From the NCBI GenBank assembly GCA_048772705.1, contig JBLWGC010000230.1:1178001-1242000 (forward strand): a stretch of 64,000 nt of DNA. Direction: 5' to 3'. Shown piece after piece: positions 45,737 to 59,032 of the stretch (position 1 is its first letter; each line of letters opens with the position of its first letter). This stretch comes from Leidyana gryllorum EB-2025a. Lineage: Eukaryota; Protista; Apicomplexa. The notes below the pieces were generated by a model, which did not search any database, was not told the origin of the DNA, and saw only the letters and a list, made by a program, of their open reading frames with translations. The position numbers were made by a program, and so were the translations under genes.

Positions 45737-48702
45737 ATGGCAGCAGGAGTTGACCGGAAAAGGATCCTCCACTTCCTGGACTCCATCCAAGAAGCTGTCA
45801 ATGGTCCTAGCGCTGCCTCAGGGGGTGTCATGATCAAGGGAGGTGGCGGAGGGGGACGATCGCACAACCTTTTCGGTAGCTATCAAGTGCCAACTGAGCA
45901 ACTAAGAGCCGTCTACAAAGAGGTCTTCAATCGGGCAGATGGACGCTTAGTCCATCGATTCGAACGGAGAATTGGCGAACTCTCGTCTCTCTGCTACCAG
46001 AACGCTTACACTCCTCGTGTAGCATTCGTCTTCTTTCATGGGCTCGATGGCACACCGTACGACTATATTTACACCGTCAGACGATTCTTTGAGCGTATGG
46101 GAAATCGACTGCCCGCTCTTTGGGTACTTCCAGCTGGTATACACCGCTCACGACCCACCAGCTCCTTGTATGAGGACCAACGCGACTATCGACCCGAACT
46201 CCCCCACTCGCCCCCGAGAGCCAGTACCCCAAGCGCTGAGGTACTAGACCCTTCCCCAACCGAGGCTGCTCGCACCTATGTCATGTCACCATTTGGACCG
46301 AACCCTAGTGTTAGATATGGAGATGTCGAAAAGGCACTTCGTAAGCGGGTAGACGAGTTGATTGAACCGGAAATGAGTTGCGACGATATTGATCCTAGCG
46401 GTGGCTATCAATGGTGGGAAATACCTGCAATCAACCTCTTCACTGGTAGAAGTAAAGGTTTCAAGATGTTTGTACATGTAAGACCCCCCCCTTCCATGTC
46501 TCTCCTCCCCGCACGACCTCAAATGGCGCATCTGCGCCACTCAACCTCACTCATCCGTAATTGAGTCGGTATGCCGGGCTGATGTGTGTGTGAGGTGGTG
46601 TGTGTGACTTGGCGTGTGAGAGGTGTGTGTGAGGTGGTGTGTGAGAGGTGTGTGTGAGGTGGTGTGTGGTGGTATGTGTAAGCGCTGTGTGTGAGGTGGT
46701 GTGAGGTGGTGTGTGTGAGGCGGTGTGTGCCAGCTGGTTTGCTGGAGTAAATAGCAGTGGAGTGATCTGTGTGTGTGCACTAGAACACCTGCGCAATTGT
46801 CTCTATGTGTTGGGTTGGAGTTATTCCAGATTTTGTTTGAGTGACTGACCTTGCTGCCCCCCCCCAGTAGAGGACACCATGTTTGTGCAGGCACTTAGGC
46901 AGAATTGGCGAACGCCGAAGGAATTCTTCGCCGTGAGAGAACAAGCCCTGACGACTTTGCAGAGCGTTAGCTCTGTCTGGGACATACCCCTTTCTCAAAT
47001 CTATATTGGAGGGTTCTCGCAGGGTGCCATGCTGGCATCGGATCTGGTTCTGGCGGCTCCTTCTCCACTGGGAGGAGCGGTATTGTTATCTGGGGCCCCG
47101 ATCGGTCGGACTGATCACAAGCAAGCAATGAGAGAGCATCGAATGATGCACAGCTCTAATCCTAATGTCGCGGTGATGTCTGCTTCGCCGGGAAGCCCGG
47201 CCAAGTTGCGGATCGATGCATTTACATCGGCCAAGCAGCAGATGCCGATCTTCCAGGCGCATGGGATGCGCGACCCTGTGATTCCCTTCCCCATCGGCAA
47301 GTTTCTACGAAAGCACCTTTATAGTATGGGACTGACCAACATTACTTTCGAGTCCTTTTCCGGCGGCCACGACTTCCCGCCTGATATAGCAGACAAGGTA
47401 CTCGCGTGGCTCCTGACCACACCAACGGTACGGGCTTTAGCCCACAGACGCCCTGACCCAGCAGCTGGAGACGGCGAAACGTTTCCGGGACCATCTCATT
47501 CCGAGGACCCTGGGCCTCAAGGTGGCGCTTCTTCGACTTTTATGGAGTCGAGCGGCGAAGGAGAGGTCGCTCACAGTGCGACATTCTCGGATATGAAGCA
47601 ACAACAACAACATCAGGGAAGGTTTGGTTCACTGAGATCCAAGTTTGCAAGTTTGTCACGACGAAGGCGCACGACACGGCCCCAGCGCATAGCCATGAAT
47701 ACAGCCGGTACATTCTCAATGGACGAGGAGTGGAGTATGGCTGGAAGTTTCGGTTGTGGGGAGGGGCTGACGGAGTCCCATGAGCTCTCACCTGCTGGGA
47801 ACACCCCATCGGGCGGAAGCCTGATGAGTCAGAGTCCAACAGGAGGCGGCGTCAGTCCGGTGTACATTCCGACATTGGCGACCTCCGACAGGCCAGGGAG
47901 TATGGCAATGTCGTCTTTTGACAGGAATGAGATTTGTGAGAATGAGGAGAGCGGAGATGACGCGTTTGATTGGGCACCGTACAATGTCAGTATGAGCCGT
48001 CTCATCGCTGAAACCTTCCTGACGGTGAAGGGCGGACTGAACAGAGTCTTAATTTTACCACCGAGCGATACCGAGTTGGCTGACATGACTCCCGAGTCTA
48101 CGAGTAAATCGCGGAAACTGTCGCGGAAAATAACTCGACTGGAAATACCAGACGGGGGCGACTGGCTCGAGATCAATCGCAAAATAACTCGAGAGTTGAG
48201 TTTGACATCTGACTCTGGCCGATGGGGAGGCACAGACTACTCAATGACCACCGGCAGCCGATCGTTCTGCCTGCCTTCCACTTTGCGCGGCGATTTTGAC
48301 TTTCCCTTGAAAGAGAAGAAGACAGCGTCGTGTGCCCTCAATTGCGCCACTCCGTCCACCTTAGCCCCTCAAGAGTCCTCACCATACGCTGATCTCTCTT
48401 CTCTGCCTAACTTTACATCTCCTCAAATCTCTGAAGCGAGTGAGGACAGCAGCTCTGATGCCGAGGGCATTCACCAACATCCGATGGAAACTCTGGACAC
48501 CTGGTGCACTGGTGGAGAGCTTTCTGAGACAGAGCGACCCATCAGTCCCCAGGAGGAGGGTTTCGGGTACGTTCCGCGCAACGCTCTCCCCAAAGGTCAG
48601 CGGACGCGAGAGACAAAGGAGAAGTTACGTCATCCTCGAACTTGGCGGAGAGCAAAGAAATCGTTGGGTACTTCGTCAATCGCGTCCCCGAAGGCAGGAT
48701 AG
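45737..48702 (+). CDS. Phospholipase/carboxylesterase (acyl-protein thioesterase-like) with a long disordered C-terminal extension
   Basis: FFHGLDG, QWW, nucleophile GGFSQGA, IFQAHGMRDPVIP and GGH; intron about 46478-46872. Confidence 0.8.
46581..46780. repeat. Degenerate (GAGGTGGTGTGTGT)n / TG-rich simple repeat inside the esterase intron
   Basis: Directly visible tandem GAGGTG(GTG)TGTGT units. Confidence 0.85.
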
Positions 48703-48816
48703 GCAGGCTGACTCGGTCTCTCAATATTCCCCGTAGCTTAGACGATTGAAGATGATAGAAAATTGAGTTAGAAGAAGAAGAACACACCTCTTAGAAGCTT
48801 TTACCCCCGCAGCACA

Positions 48817-51590
48817 ATGGAATATCGTCTCGCTGCTGAAGTGCAGGCCCACAAAGGAGCGGGTAGGGCCCTGGATGTGGGTGTGATTAGTGGCAAGTTG
48901 ATAATCGCCTCTGGCGGATTGGATGGGCTGGTTTATGGGTGGAGAATAGATACCGTCACTGAGGAGAAAGCTGAAGCTCCGCTGTGCTTCACGCGTTTCG
49001 TTGAACTGGGACACCACACTTCCCCCGTGTACAGTGTCGCTGTACATCGAACGAGGGATGCTATATTCTCTGGATGTCAGAAGGGGGCCATTATGGACAG
49101 TGGCAGTACCGGATGTGTCCAGGGGTACTTTCACGTAGGCATAGTTTCACCCCCTACATTTCCGATTTAGGGCCATACGAAACCAGTCAACTCACTGAGC
49201 GTATGGGGTCAGGAACGATTGATTTCCGGCGCCTGGGATGCGACAGCCCGAGTGTGGAACTTGGAGACTCACGGATGTGTGAATATCCTCGAGGGACCTC
49301 ACACCTATGCTGTGACAGTCGCACCTGTTGACGACAGCAGACTCATCACTGGGAGTCAGAACGGAAAGTTAGTGGTCTGGGAGAACTCAACTCAGGTCCA
49401 GGAGATTGCCGATGCCCACAAAGACATTATCCGGGCCATCGCACCCATCACCAACTGGCCAGGCGCATTTGTAACCTGCTCCAACGACGGTTTTGTTCGT
49501 CTATGGCGACTCATCGGTGACCGATTACGACCTGTGAACATCGAAGGTCTGCCCTGCTGCACACAGTGGGCACCGGGCGGATCATCGGATGTTCTTCTGT
49601 TTGGTGAGTCGACTAAATATGCAGTTGACACTGTCCCGTTCCACATTCAATGATACAGATGTACAATGCTATCGAGTGAGCGATGGACCTGTTTTGGTCG
49701 CCGTTGGAGGAGACGATGGATCGCTGCGCCTGGGCTGCTTTGCTCAGATCGGAGATGACTTGTCTCTGATTTCGGACGAATTGGTGTGGCCTCACATCAG
49801 CACTGTCTGGGCTGCGAGATTCCTCCCTAACGAGGACCCGACACTGTATCCCGAGCTGGTGTCCGCCTGTGGTGACGGCTGCTTACGTCTCTTTACTTCC
49901 GACCCTTCTCGGGCGATGAAGTACGAAGCAGCGGGAAGTTTGCGAGCGCAAAGTGTCGCTACACTGGAGGCCGCTCGCGCTCAGCAAACACAGGGCGCAA
50001 TGGATCTATCCAAGTTGCCACGGCTCGCAGATAAAGCGGTGAGATAATTCACTGTGATACGTCGGATTTGCATTATCCCCACTCTGGGTACTCAGTCAAT
50101 TCGGGGACGTATGGCGGGGCAGACGAAATTGTTTGTCAATGGAGCTGTGGTGGAGGTGCACCAGTGGACAGGAAGTGAATGGCAAAAAGTTGGAGACATG
50201 GTGGCACCTCCAAGTTCTGACACTATGGCATCGAGCACAACACTGTATGAGGGTGACGACTTCTTCCCCGCGGGTCATTATGACTTTGTATTTCATGTCG
50301 AAATAGAATCCAAGTCTTCGCGGACAAAGTTGCCGTTCCGACTGACAGACAATCCAATGGAGGTGGCTGAGAGGTTCTGTGCCCGAGAACAGATCGGCAA
50401 ACATAATATTCCCGATATTCTCAAGTTTATCGAAGCAAATGCCGGTCTAAACCCATCTGCGTCGTCCGGCAGCCGGCCGTCGCCGCCTCCTATGGCCGCT
50501 CATTCGCCTCCCACAACATCCCCCAGCGCCTCGACCATGAGGCCGCAGCAAGAAAGCCCCTACAAAGCTCTGCAGACAATGATGCCAACGCTGTTTGCAG
50601 CGGGTGTAAAGTGGGAGAAACCGTTGGAAAAGATCATTGAGCTGAACAGAGATCAAAAGGAGGAATTGAAGTTGAAATCGCATGAAATCCCAAATCTGAT
50701 GACGCTGAGAACCGCCTTGGAGAATCCCGTATTCGACAAGGAGAAGATTGGGACTCGAGATCTGGCCATGTTACTGACGCACCATAACTGGAACGATTGG
50801 GAGCCCAAAGAAGCTCTGTTCCCGTGGTTTGATATCATGCGGAAGGTCGCTTGCAACAACACAACGGCCGACTATTTCCGTCGGAACGTAAAGGGGTGAG
50901 TGAGGCAGCAATGTCGACGCTTCCATCTCACACTTTCAAACTTGCAGCCGAGAGAACGTGACTTTTGTTCTCGAGTTTGCTGAGACCGTTGGAGGCCTAA
51001 ACTCGGCGAGCCCTGTGCCAATGCTTGTCTTCCGATACCTCTGCAACATCTCTTCCTGGGTGTCCACTCGTGATTACTTTGCACAGGATCTGCCGAGTAT
51101 CATAAACTTGCTGCGGGCCAAGATAACACCCGTTGGGCAAAAGTATGAGTTTGCTTCGGTCACACAGAAGAACACTCTAAACGGTTTGCTAACTTTCCTC
51201 CTCAACGTCGGCATTGGACTGAACGCCAATGCAAGATCTTCTCTGGCTCTGTCATCGGCGAGTGCCCGACAGATCCTTCGGAAATCTATCGATCAGGTGA
51301 GTCAGCAGCGGCCTCCTTTCCCTTTACGACGTCACCAGATGGTGGAGTACATACACGATTTGGTCGTCAACGAACACGGGGCCGTTAGACAGAGCGGAGA
51401 TGCCAGCTTCATGGCCATTAGCCTTGTGATCGTGGGACTCATGATGAGCACCCAACTGCCCAGTGAAGGGCCGTCTCCACGGATAACTGGACTCGCCAAG
51501 GAAGTACAACGGACAGTTGAGCCATTAGTCACCTCACCAACTCTGGTGCAGTCGGAAGCGCTCAAGGCGATCAAAGAAGCAGCTGCCTGA
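48817..51590 (+). CDS. PLAA: PLAA/Doa1/Ufd3 (WD40-PFU-PUL) Cdc48 cofactor
   Basis: WD40 repeats (ISGAWDATARVW, TCSNDGFVRLW), PFU region YDFVFHVEIE..KLPF..NPMEVAERFC, and PUL region LFPWFDIMR. Confidence 0.9.
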
Positions 51591-51778
51591 GCTTAGATCT
51601 AGGGGCTTCCCCCCTCAATTGGTGTGATTGTTCACTAGCGTAGCTCAGCAGCGAGGCTCACACTTCCCGTTGGCACTGTGAAAGGAATAACATCTTTGTT
51701 TGGTCAAATGTACGACGATTTGTACTGGATGATGATTGATGACTAAGAGCGATACGTGTGCGTGGTGGGTGTGTGTTT

Positions 51779-53822
51779 CTACTCATGCATGAAGGGGATA
51801 CGTCCGCGGCAGGTGGGGCAGTCTAGTTTGACTTCCATCCATTTCTGCAAGCAATCGGAGTGATAGAAGTGTTCGCACGGAGTGACGACACAGTCCACAT
51901 CCGTAAACTTGACACCCGTCATACAGATGACGCAGTCCACTCCTTTCAACTCGGGATCCACTGTGAGAGCAGAAGACAGATTGATTGCCAGCCACGTGAC
52001 CGACACGACTCACCCAACTTTTTGACTTCAGCGACTTGACTAACGTTTAGGACGTAGTCATGAATGGTTGGGAAGAATCGATCGCAGAACCACCTTGGGA
52101 TCATTATGCGGGGGCCCCAGTAGCTCTGAAGCATGAGCCATACTCCTTGTAAGCCCTGAAGGGTGTGTAAGGTGGGTAGTTGAGTGACGGCCGACCTACC
52201 AGATAAAGTCCGAGGGCGACGAGGAGGGCGGGATTGGGGCGCCGGGCAATGTCGTGAAACACGGGATCGGTCAGGAAGGCTGGAATCTTGGGTGCTTCAG
52301 CTCCACCAAACCATTTGGGAAGTACATTCTCCGCTCTCGAACCAAGTGTTGGGAGCCCTGTCATTAGTTCTCGCGACCTCTCAGAATATACCAGAAAGAA
52401 GTAGAGGAACCTGCGAGGCGAAGTGCGAGAGAGACGGATGAATATTAAGAGAGAGGCAACTCACTGCCGTAGTGCAGTGCCCAGGATGAAACGTCTACTC
52501 AGGCGATGACGGATGCCACTGTAGGCAGTTCCTGCAATTTGCACTGCAAACACTGAAGCAACCAGTATCACAACGACTTCGGGACAGATATACATCATCA
52601 TCCACGACGCTATAAGCACTCCAGCTCCCACCAGCACTCCAAAGTTCCGGATAGATTGCACACGCCTGGGAAGCAGATCTAAGGAGATTCGAAGATTTCT
52701 GACTCACCCGGATTCACGAGGCTCGCCGATTATCTGAGCGATCCGGTCGTCGAGGTTGATCAACCACGAACCGCAGTCGACAATGCCAATGAGATTAACC
52801 ATTGGTAAATCGTAAAGGAAATACGAATCTATTTCAAAGGTGGAGGTCCAATGAACTATGCCCAACTCCATCAAGTCAGACCACGTCAGCCATATTAAGA
52901 ACCCTAAATTGCCTCTGTGGCGTTGTCGTTGAAGCTGTTGCGCGGTGAGGAATATCTGACACGAGAGGATGGTTTGAAATTAATCCACTTTGCTCTCCTT
53001 TAGATACCTGGATGATGGTCAGCACCAGCAAGTAAAGAAGGGCTCGATATCGCGGACTGTTATATACCATATCGACTCGTCGCAACCCCACCGTCAGTAC
53101 CCGCCCCGCCGACTCGCACCCATCCGACAGCAGAATACGACCCACCATATCAGGAGGCCTCTGAAAGTAATCTGCATTCACCTCGAGCTTCGGGCTCTTA
53201 TACAACCCCGGACCATAGGTGTCCTCGTGAGGCGTGTCTTCCGGAACTACACCATGATATCGGTCGAACGAGGCAGTGACCACACAATTGGGGGCAGGAC
53301 GAAGCCTCTGTTCTTTCTTGCCCAACCCATACATGTTCCATGTTCTGGTGCGCATAAACAGCGACTTCCCATTTGGGGGATGGAAGCCGTGCAAAACGAG
53401 CCGACGTGCGAACTGGCCATAAGTCTTATCATCTATGAACACATCTCCGCTGTAGAAGTCCAAATATGGGGAACGCCGACTCTCCAAGTTGATGGTTATA
53501 GTCCCGAACTGTAGAGGGGCTTCGTGTGTAAACTCCGGACCAAAGGAGTCCCAAGTCAGTTCTCCCACTGCACGCTTGAGCGATGACAATATCTCGCTCC
53601 CATCTTCTACGGGCGAAACCGTCCGGGAGGGAACATCGTCAGTCTACACACACGTGTGTTGCTGCCCATTCGACTTACTGCATTGTGTTGCACAATAAAA
53701 AACCCAGAGTAGAAACCACTCAGGCCAGACGCGTGGGGTATAGTTCCGCACACTGGCGATTCCTGGCTTGCTACCACCACCGATGTGAGTAAGGCTGTCA
53801 GCGAAAGAATCTGAAAATACAT
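51779..53822 (-). CDS. Transmembrane RING-H2 E3 ubiquitin ligase (Tul1/FLY-like)
   Basis: Signal peptide MYFQILSLTALLTSVVVA, multiple TM helices, LQSYWGPR, and C-terminal CVIC..TPCEHFYHSDCLQKWMEVKLDCPTCR. Confidence 0.85.
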
Positions 53823-54382
53823 CCGGTGGAGCGTCGGCACAACATCGCGGTCTGACAAATCTTTTAGGGAGCTAAGGCTAGGCTACAGGTGTTGACGACC
53901 ACTACTTCGGACCATTTCTTTTGCCCACTCAGCCGTCTCCACCATTGGGTGAACAACAAAGTTGGTACTTTGAAACACACGCACAGGCTACCTGAACACA
54001 CATACCGAACACGGAGTTGTGTTGCCGTTTTGAGCACACGCTGGGATGCACGAAAACACGAAAGATAGTCGGAAATGTGGAGCAGATCACCGATTTGAGA
54101 GGAATATTTGACAGTAGTGTAGGTTTACGTTGTGGGGTTCGACCATCAGCATCAAGTCGTTCTACCAATTTACCTCTAAATCCTCATCATCATCAAAGTC
54201 CTTTAATTAACATGGGGAAGGCGATAATTGGGCCGAACAATAAAGGCATTTGCCTTTAGTGGCATAACGGCTTTACCCGCCGGGTCTCAATTCCGACCTG
54301 GTACCTTTCAAAGCCTTCGGGACAAGTCTTCACGACTGAGATCAAGCAGCAAAAGTATAGGGCTTCAACTTTATTTGTGTCA

Positions 54383-57032
54383 TCAGTTTGTGGGTCCGGT
54401 GCTATTGGAGGTAAAAAGTGTATCAGTCGTCCCTTTGGCCGCGAACGCCCGCAGGTAGCCTTGCGGGTCACCGCCGCTGATCAATTCAGCAAACCACGGA
54501 TGGTGGATTAACTCGGTTATAGTCGCCCTTCGATATGGCTCTATTTTGAGCGCTCTCTAAACATCATTTCTCCCAAAGCCTCGCTGGTCGAACTACTCAC
54601 CGAAACACACTCCTTCAGCCATGGCGGCCAACCCCTGCACTCCCGGAACAAGTCGAAATTCATACCACTCTTGACCAAGTGGTAAAATCTGCAGCAATGA
54701 TCGATTAGATCGCTCCCTTGAGGTCGAGACATACTTTTCGTCCTGCCGTGGATCGGACGTTCTCCAGATTCCTCCCTCCGACCATATCCAGAAAATCACT
54801 ACACCCAACATATAAACGTCTGCAGAACTGACGCGGAAATAGTATGGAGCTCTCTCTTCAGGTAGCCTGAGCGACGCCAAGTCCTCCAAGGGTTTGACGA
54901 TCTTTTGGGTCTGCAAAACACACACTCAACCATCCACTAAGCACAAAGCAACACTCGATGGACACTCAAAGTAGCATATTGTGTCGTGCACACTACAACA
55001 CTTCGCGCGCACGTTCCCGCTTGTCAGCCACGCAGGCGAAGTACGAAGGAGGTCAACACAGATCGGAGCAAATCATCCAGAGCCGTTCTTGTATAGGTTG
55101 CAGAACGTGTCACGCAGCGGCGGGAGACACAAAGATACGCAAGTGAATAGGTGGTGAAAGTTAGTTGACACCCATAGTTAGCAACAATGTCATGCGCCGG
55201 CCTTACCTCTAACTTCCAATATACCTTCCAGCACTCAGGCGGCATGTACGCACCCTTCCCAACCGTAGGCTCACAGGACTCAAATGCAGATAAGGTACCT
55301 CCTCCTTCGCTAGACTGTAAGTTGAGTCAGGTATCCTCGCCCAAACATGTCAAGAAGCAGCTCACGGAGAGAGGACAATGACGTAAGTGAGGGGACCACA
55401 ACGGGGTGGCCTTTGCAAAGTCACATAAGCGTAACCCGTCGGGACCGAGTAAGATATTCTCTGGTGTGAAGTCCAGGTGTGCTAAGCCCAATTGATGTAA
55501 GCGCTTCATCAACAGTACGCATGCTAGTTGGAGAGCTTGCTTCTCCTCCTTACTCAACTGTGTATCGATAAACGATTAAATCCATCAGAAGCGTTGGCTG
55601 ACACACTTACAGGCTTGTCCTTCCGGTCACGCCTGTCTAGATAGTCTAATAAATCCTCGCCATACAGCTCGGAAATAATAACCATATGCGTCACATTGTC
55701 TCCGCGACGCTGTAATTAAATATCATCAACTGCTGTCTAAAGAATCACAAAGTGCTTACAGCCGCTGCCGAGCTCCGGCTTCTCACTCCCGAGTCGCTGG
55801 ACGACACACTTAGTTCCAGGATACCCATCAACTTTGGGGCCACTCCAGGCGCATATTCTGTGAACATGGGGGCATCGGAATTGGGTGAGGTGGTCAAGGA
55901 TCAAGACATGGTGGCTATAAATACAGCGCGATACTGAGCTCGACCGGCTCACCACACACGGCACTACACACACGCCGAGAGACACGGGTGATAGCACACA
56001 CAAATAGTCGAAAACAACCGACGCGCACAGTTGATCGATTGCAACAGGGCGGGTAGCATCGGCAAGTCGCTCAGGACGAATTTGCAGGTGCACTGCCCAC
56101 CCCATTGACATTGACAACGACAGCCTTGCTGTTGAATGCGTGAAGAGTTGCTCACCGTGGAGGAACGCTAAAACAGCGGCTTCCATAACAAAGTTCTCAC
56201 CATCGGTGGCAAATTCACCGTTCCACTTATTCTGTGCCTCCCACTGTTGTCGCCACATCCCAATGGGTACCACCTTCACAAAAAGGCGAACGTCCTTGCC
56301 GCGTTCGCCGACTCCGGGAAGGATAACTTTATACATCTCTTGAACTCTGCAGCCCGCAGGAGAAGCGCCCAGTGTGGGTATCTTAGTCTTTGGCCAAGCG
56401 GCGAAGGGAACCCCTCCAATGGAGAAGGTATCTGCAGGTTGCGTCTTGAGCAGCACAAAGGCTCTAGCCACACGCCAGCTGAAGCGTACGACTCCGTTGC
56501 CACTCCTTGCGTCGAGAGTTGATTTAACTAAACGTTGTAGCTGTGCTCGTTCCTGGGCGCTTTCTGCCAAGTTGGCTCGATTGTGACGAATTGGGGAGGC
56601 CAGCCAGGCATTCAGAGACTTTTCGAAGTCTTGAACACGTGGCACCCCATCTGACAGTTTGGGTGAAGGGGATTCGGCAGGGTAGGAGTCGTTGAGACCG
56701 GACGATCGGCGCGGAGAAGACGTGCGCCCGTCTCGCCGGTTGTGTGGCTTTTGGAACCGCGATATAGAGCTAGATGGGTCGTTTACACCGTTAACGGGTG
56801 CTGGGGATGCAATGGTCGACGGCGTATCGCTCTCATTATGTAGTCGGCCGGAGCTTTGCTGCACAATCCGAACAACCCGATCAACATACCTGCACACGCA
56901 ATGACCTACCCGAGAGCGCTTGCGGTCGTGTCCCATTGTGCTCCCACCATCAGCGCTAGTGTCTGCCGCCCACAAAATCTTTCCCATCATAGGTCTCAGA
57001 CTCACGGTGGTGAATCCCCGTTCTGAGAGCAT
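54383..57032 (-). CDS. FIKK: FIKK-family protein kinase (start codon uncertain)
   Basis: RVQEMYK, LFVKVVPIGMWRQQW..DGENFVMEAAVLAFL, HLDFTPENILL, LCDFAKATP, PTVGKGAYMPPECW, ADVYMLGV..W..SDP and HPWF. Confidence 0.9.
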
Positions 57033-57115
57033 TGAGAAAGCGGCCAATAGATTTCGCGTCTTTCCTCGAGTTCCTGATAAACTGAGATCTGACCTAGCGG
57101 TTCCAAGTCACGTAC

Positions 57116-58236
57116 TCATTCATCTCCGGCAGCAGTCGGTGGCATCAGTAGAGTCTGCGGAAAAAAGGCGGATTTATACCCCCCATCATTTATTATACTT
57201 GCCCAGTTGCTGGGGTGCCACCACGTCCTCGCTTGTTCAGCAGCCACCAGATGGCTCCGCCCACACACGCTGCCCCAATCACCCACTACGTCACAAAGCA
57301 TAAAGGTACCTATGTGGTTCACTACACTCACTGAGCGTCTTGGCCACCATCCACCCCCACGTTTGGAAGTGAGTGTCTGTCCACCAGCGCTGGATTCTCT
57401 CAAGCCCTCGGCCTGTTCGATTTGATCCATCCACCTGCTATTCATCTGTGCAGTCCAACGTACCATTTTGGCTTCCACCAGCTTTTGCCTTTGTAAGGCC
57501 TTTTCGCTATTACGAACCAGTCGCTGTATTTCCGGATCAGAGTCCTTCTCAATGGGTTTGAGTGTTCGAACACACTCCTTTATCTTGCCCATTTCGAACT
57601 GTGTGCGAACTCAAATTGACCATCAAACTGTCCGTCTATTACCTGTCCAAGGGCCATACGATAACGTGCTTTAACATGATCGGGTGCACGCTCGAGTACC
57701 TCTCCGCTGAACTTTACAGCGTCGCCAAACTCCTGACACATTGGGTTTTCGATACCACCTCTGCCGGTCACTCACCCGCAGCTTTAGGGAGACTAAGGCC
57801 AAATTCAGCAATGTCTTCTGTTTAAGGTCCTGAAATTCAGCGGTCTTTGCGTCCGAGAGCTTCTGTTCGCCTTCCTCATCGCTGTCACCACTCCGAGCCA
57901 GCACATAATTGCAGCTCTTGAGGGATCGCAGCCAGGCGTCTTTTGCTTGACGCCACTCTCCAGCGGCAAACAACTACGATATCGAGTTTGTGGCAGCCGA
58001 TGTGACGGACGACTTACGGCTTTGGGGTCATCAGTCGTTGTCTTATCACTCGGGGCGGCTGCTTCTAGAGGCGCCGGCTCTGCTTCTGCCGCGACAGCGT
58101 CTCTGGTGCTGCCTTCATCCTGCACAATGGTGTTCTTCTCTTCGGGAGGTGCTCTATCATCGGTAACTGCATCACAGGCAGTCTGGGCCTCGCTAGAGGG
58201 CGGGTTAGACTCGTTTATCTCTTCGATGACGACCAT
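57116..58236 (-). CDS. TPR-domain protein (FKBP/Cyp40-type co-chaperone TPRs)
   Basis: FAAGEWRQAKDAW, LLNLALVSLKL, and EFGDAVKFSGEVLERAPDHVKARYRMA. Confidence 0.75.
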
Positions 58237-58274
58237 AGGTCCCCCTGAAAATAGCTAGTTTTTTCCACACGAGA

Positions 58275-59032
58275 ATGGCTGGAAACCCGGTGCGGCCGCC
58301 CACACAGGCTAACGAACATGATGCTTCATACGACAAGAATGACTCTCTGGCAGGTTTCATAATAGCTCGACAGGATCCGGGCTTCGACGAGCTGATAGCG
58401 CACGTGAGTGGTTATTGTCGTATTTAGAGTTTCTGCGCGGACTTTGTCCTCAATCCACTCAGACTACATTCGTTTCGGTGTATAGATTTGATGATCAAGG
58501 ATCTGAATGGAGCCGCGCGAATGTTGAAGGGTTTCTATTCATCATCCGCCGCAGTACTGCTCCAAAGTGAGTTTCAGTTCGGGGTCGTGGGGTCGCTATT
58601 CTCCTCCCTCACTCACTTCTGCTCAGATATAGACTCATTGTACTGAATCAGAAGAATCAGAGCAACTTGATAGAGGATATTGACGCATCCTGGGATCTTT
58701 CAACTCAGAAGAATTACATATTCTATCGGTACAACAACGACGAGGGCGTAAGTGTGACGAGTTGTTTCTATCAGTGTTGTGTTTGTCATCAGTTGGTAAC
58801 ACGAGGCCTGTGGTTCTATGCTGACTCTGAAAGGCGGAGGATATGGCAAGCATTAAGCCTGACAGTTGAACTAAGCGAAGCGCAACGGCAGGAAACCTCA
58901 TCATCGTCGTCTTCGCAGCCACCACAACAACCACAATTGAAAGGGTCTGGCGGCGAGGACTCTGAGCACCACCGAGCGGTGACACAAGCCATGGCAACAG
59001 AGCTGCTAAGAAAACTGCTTCGCAGTGGATAA
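58275..59032 (+). CDS. DCP1: mRNA decapping enzyme subunit 1 (EVH1 domain)
   Basis: RQDP, VSVYRFD..EWSRANVEGFLFIIRRSTAPK|YRLIVLNQK, YIFYR and GLWFY. Confidence 0.9.

Noticed and set aside
46547-46894. His/Thr-rich minus-strand ORF
   Set aside because: It is the translation of the TG-rich intronic simple repeat.
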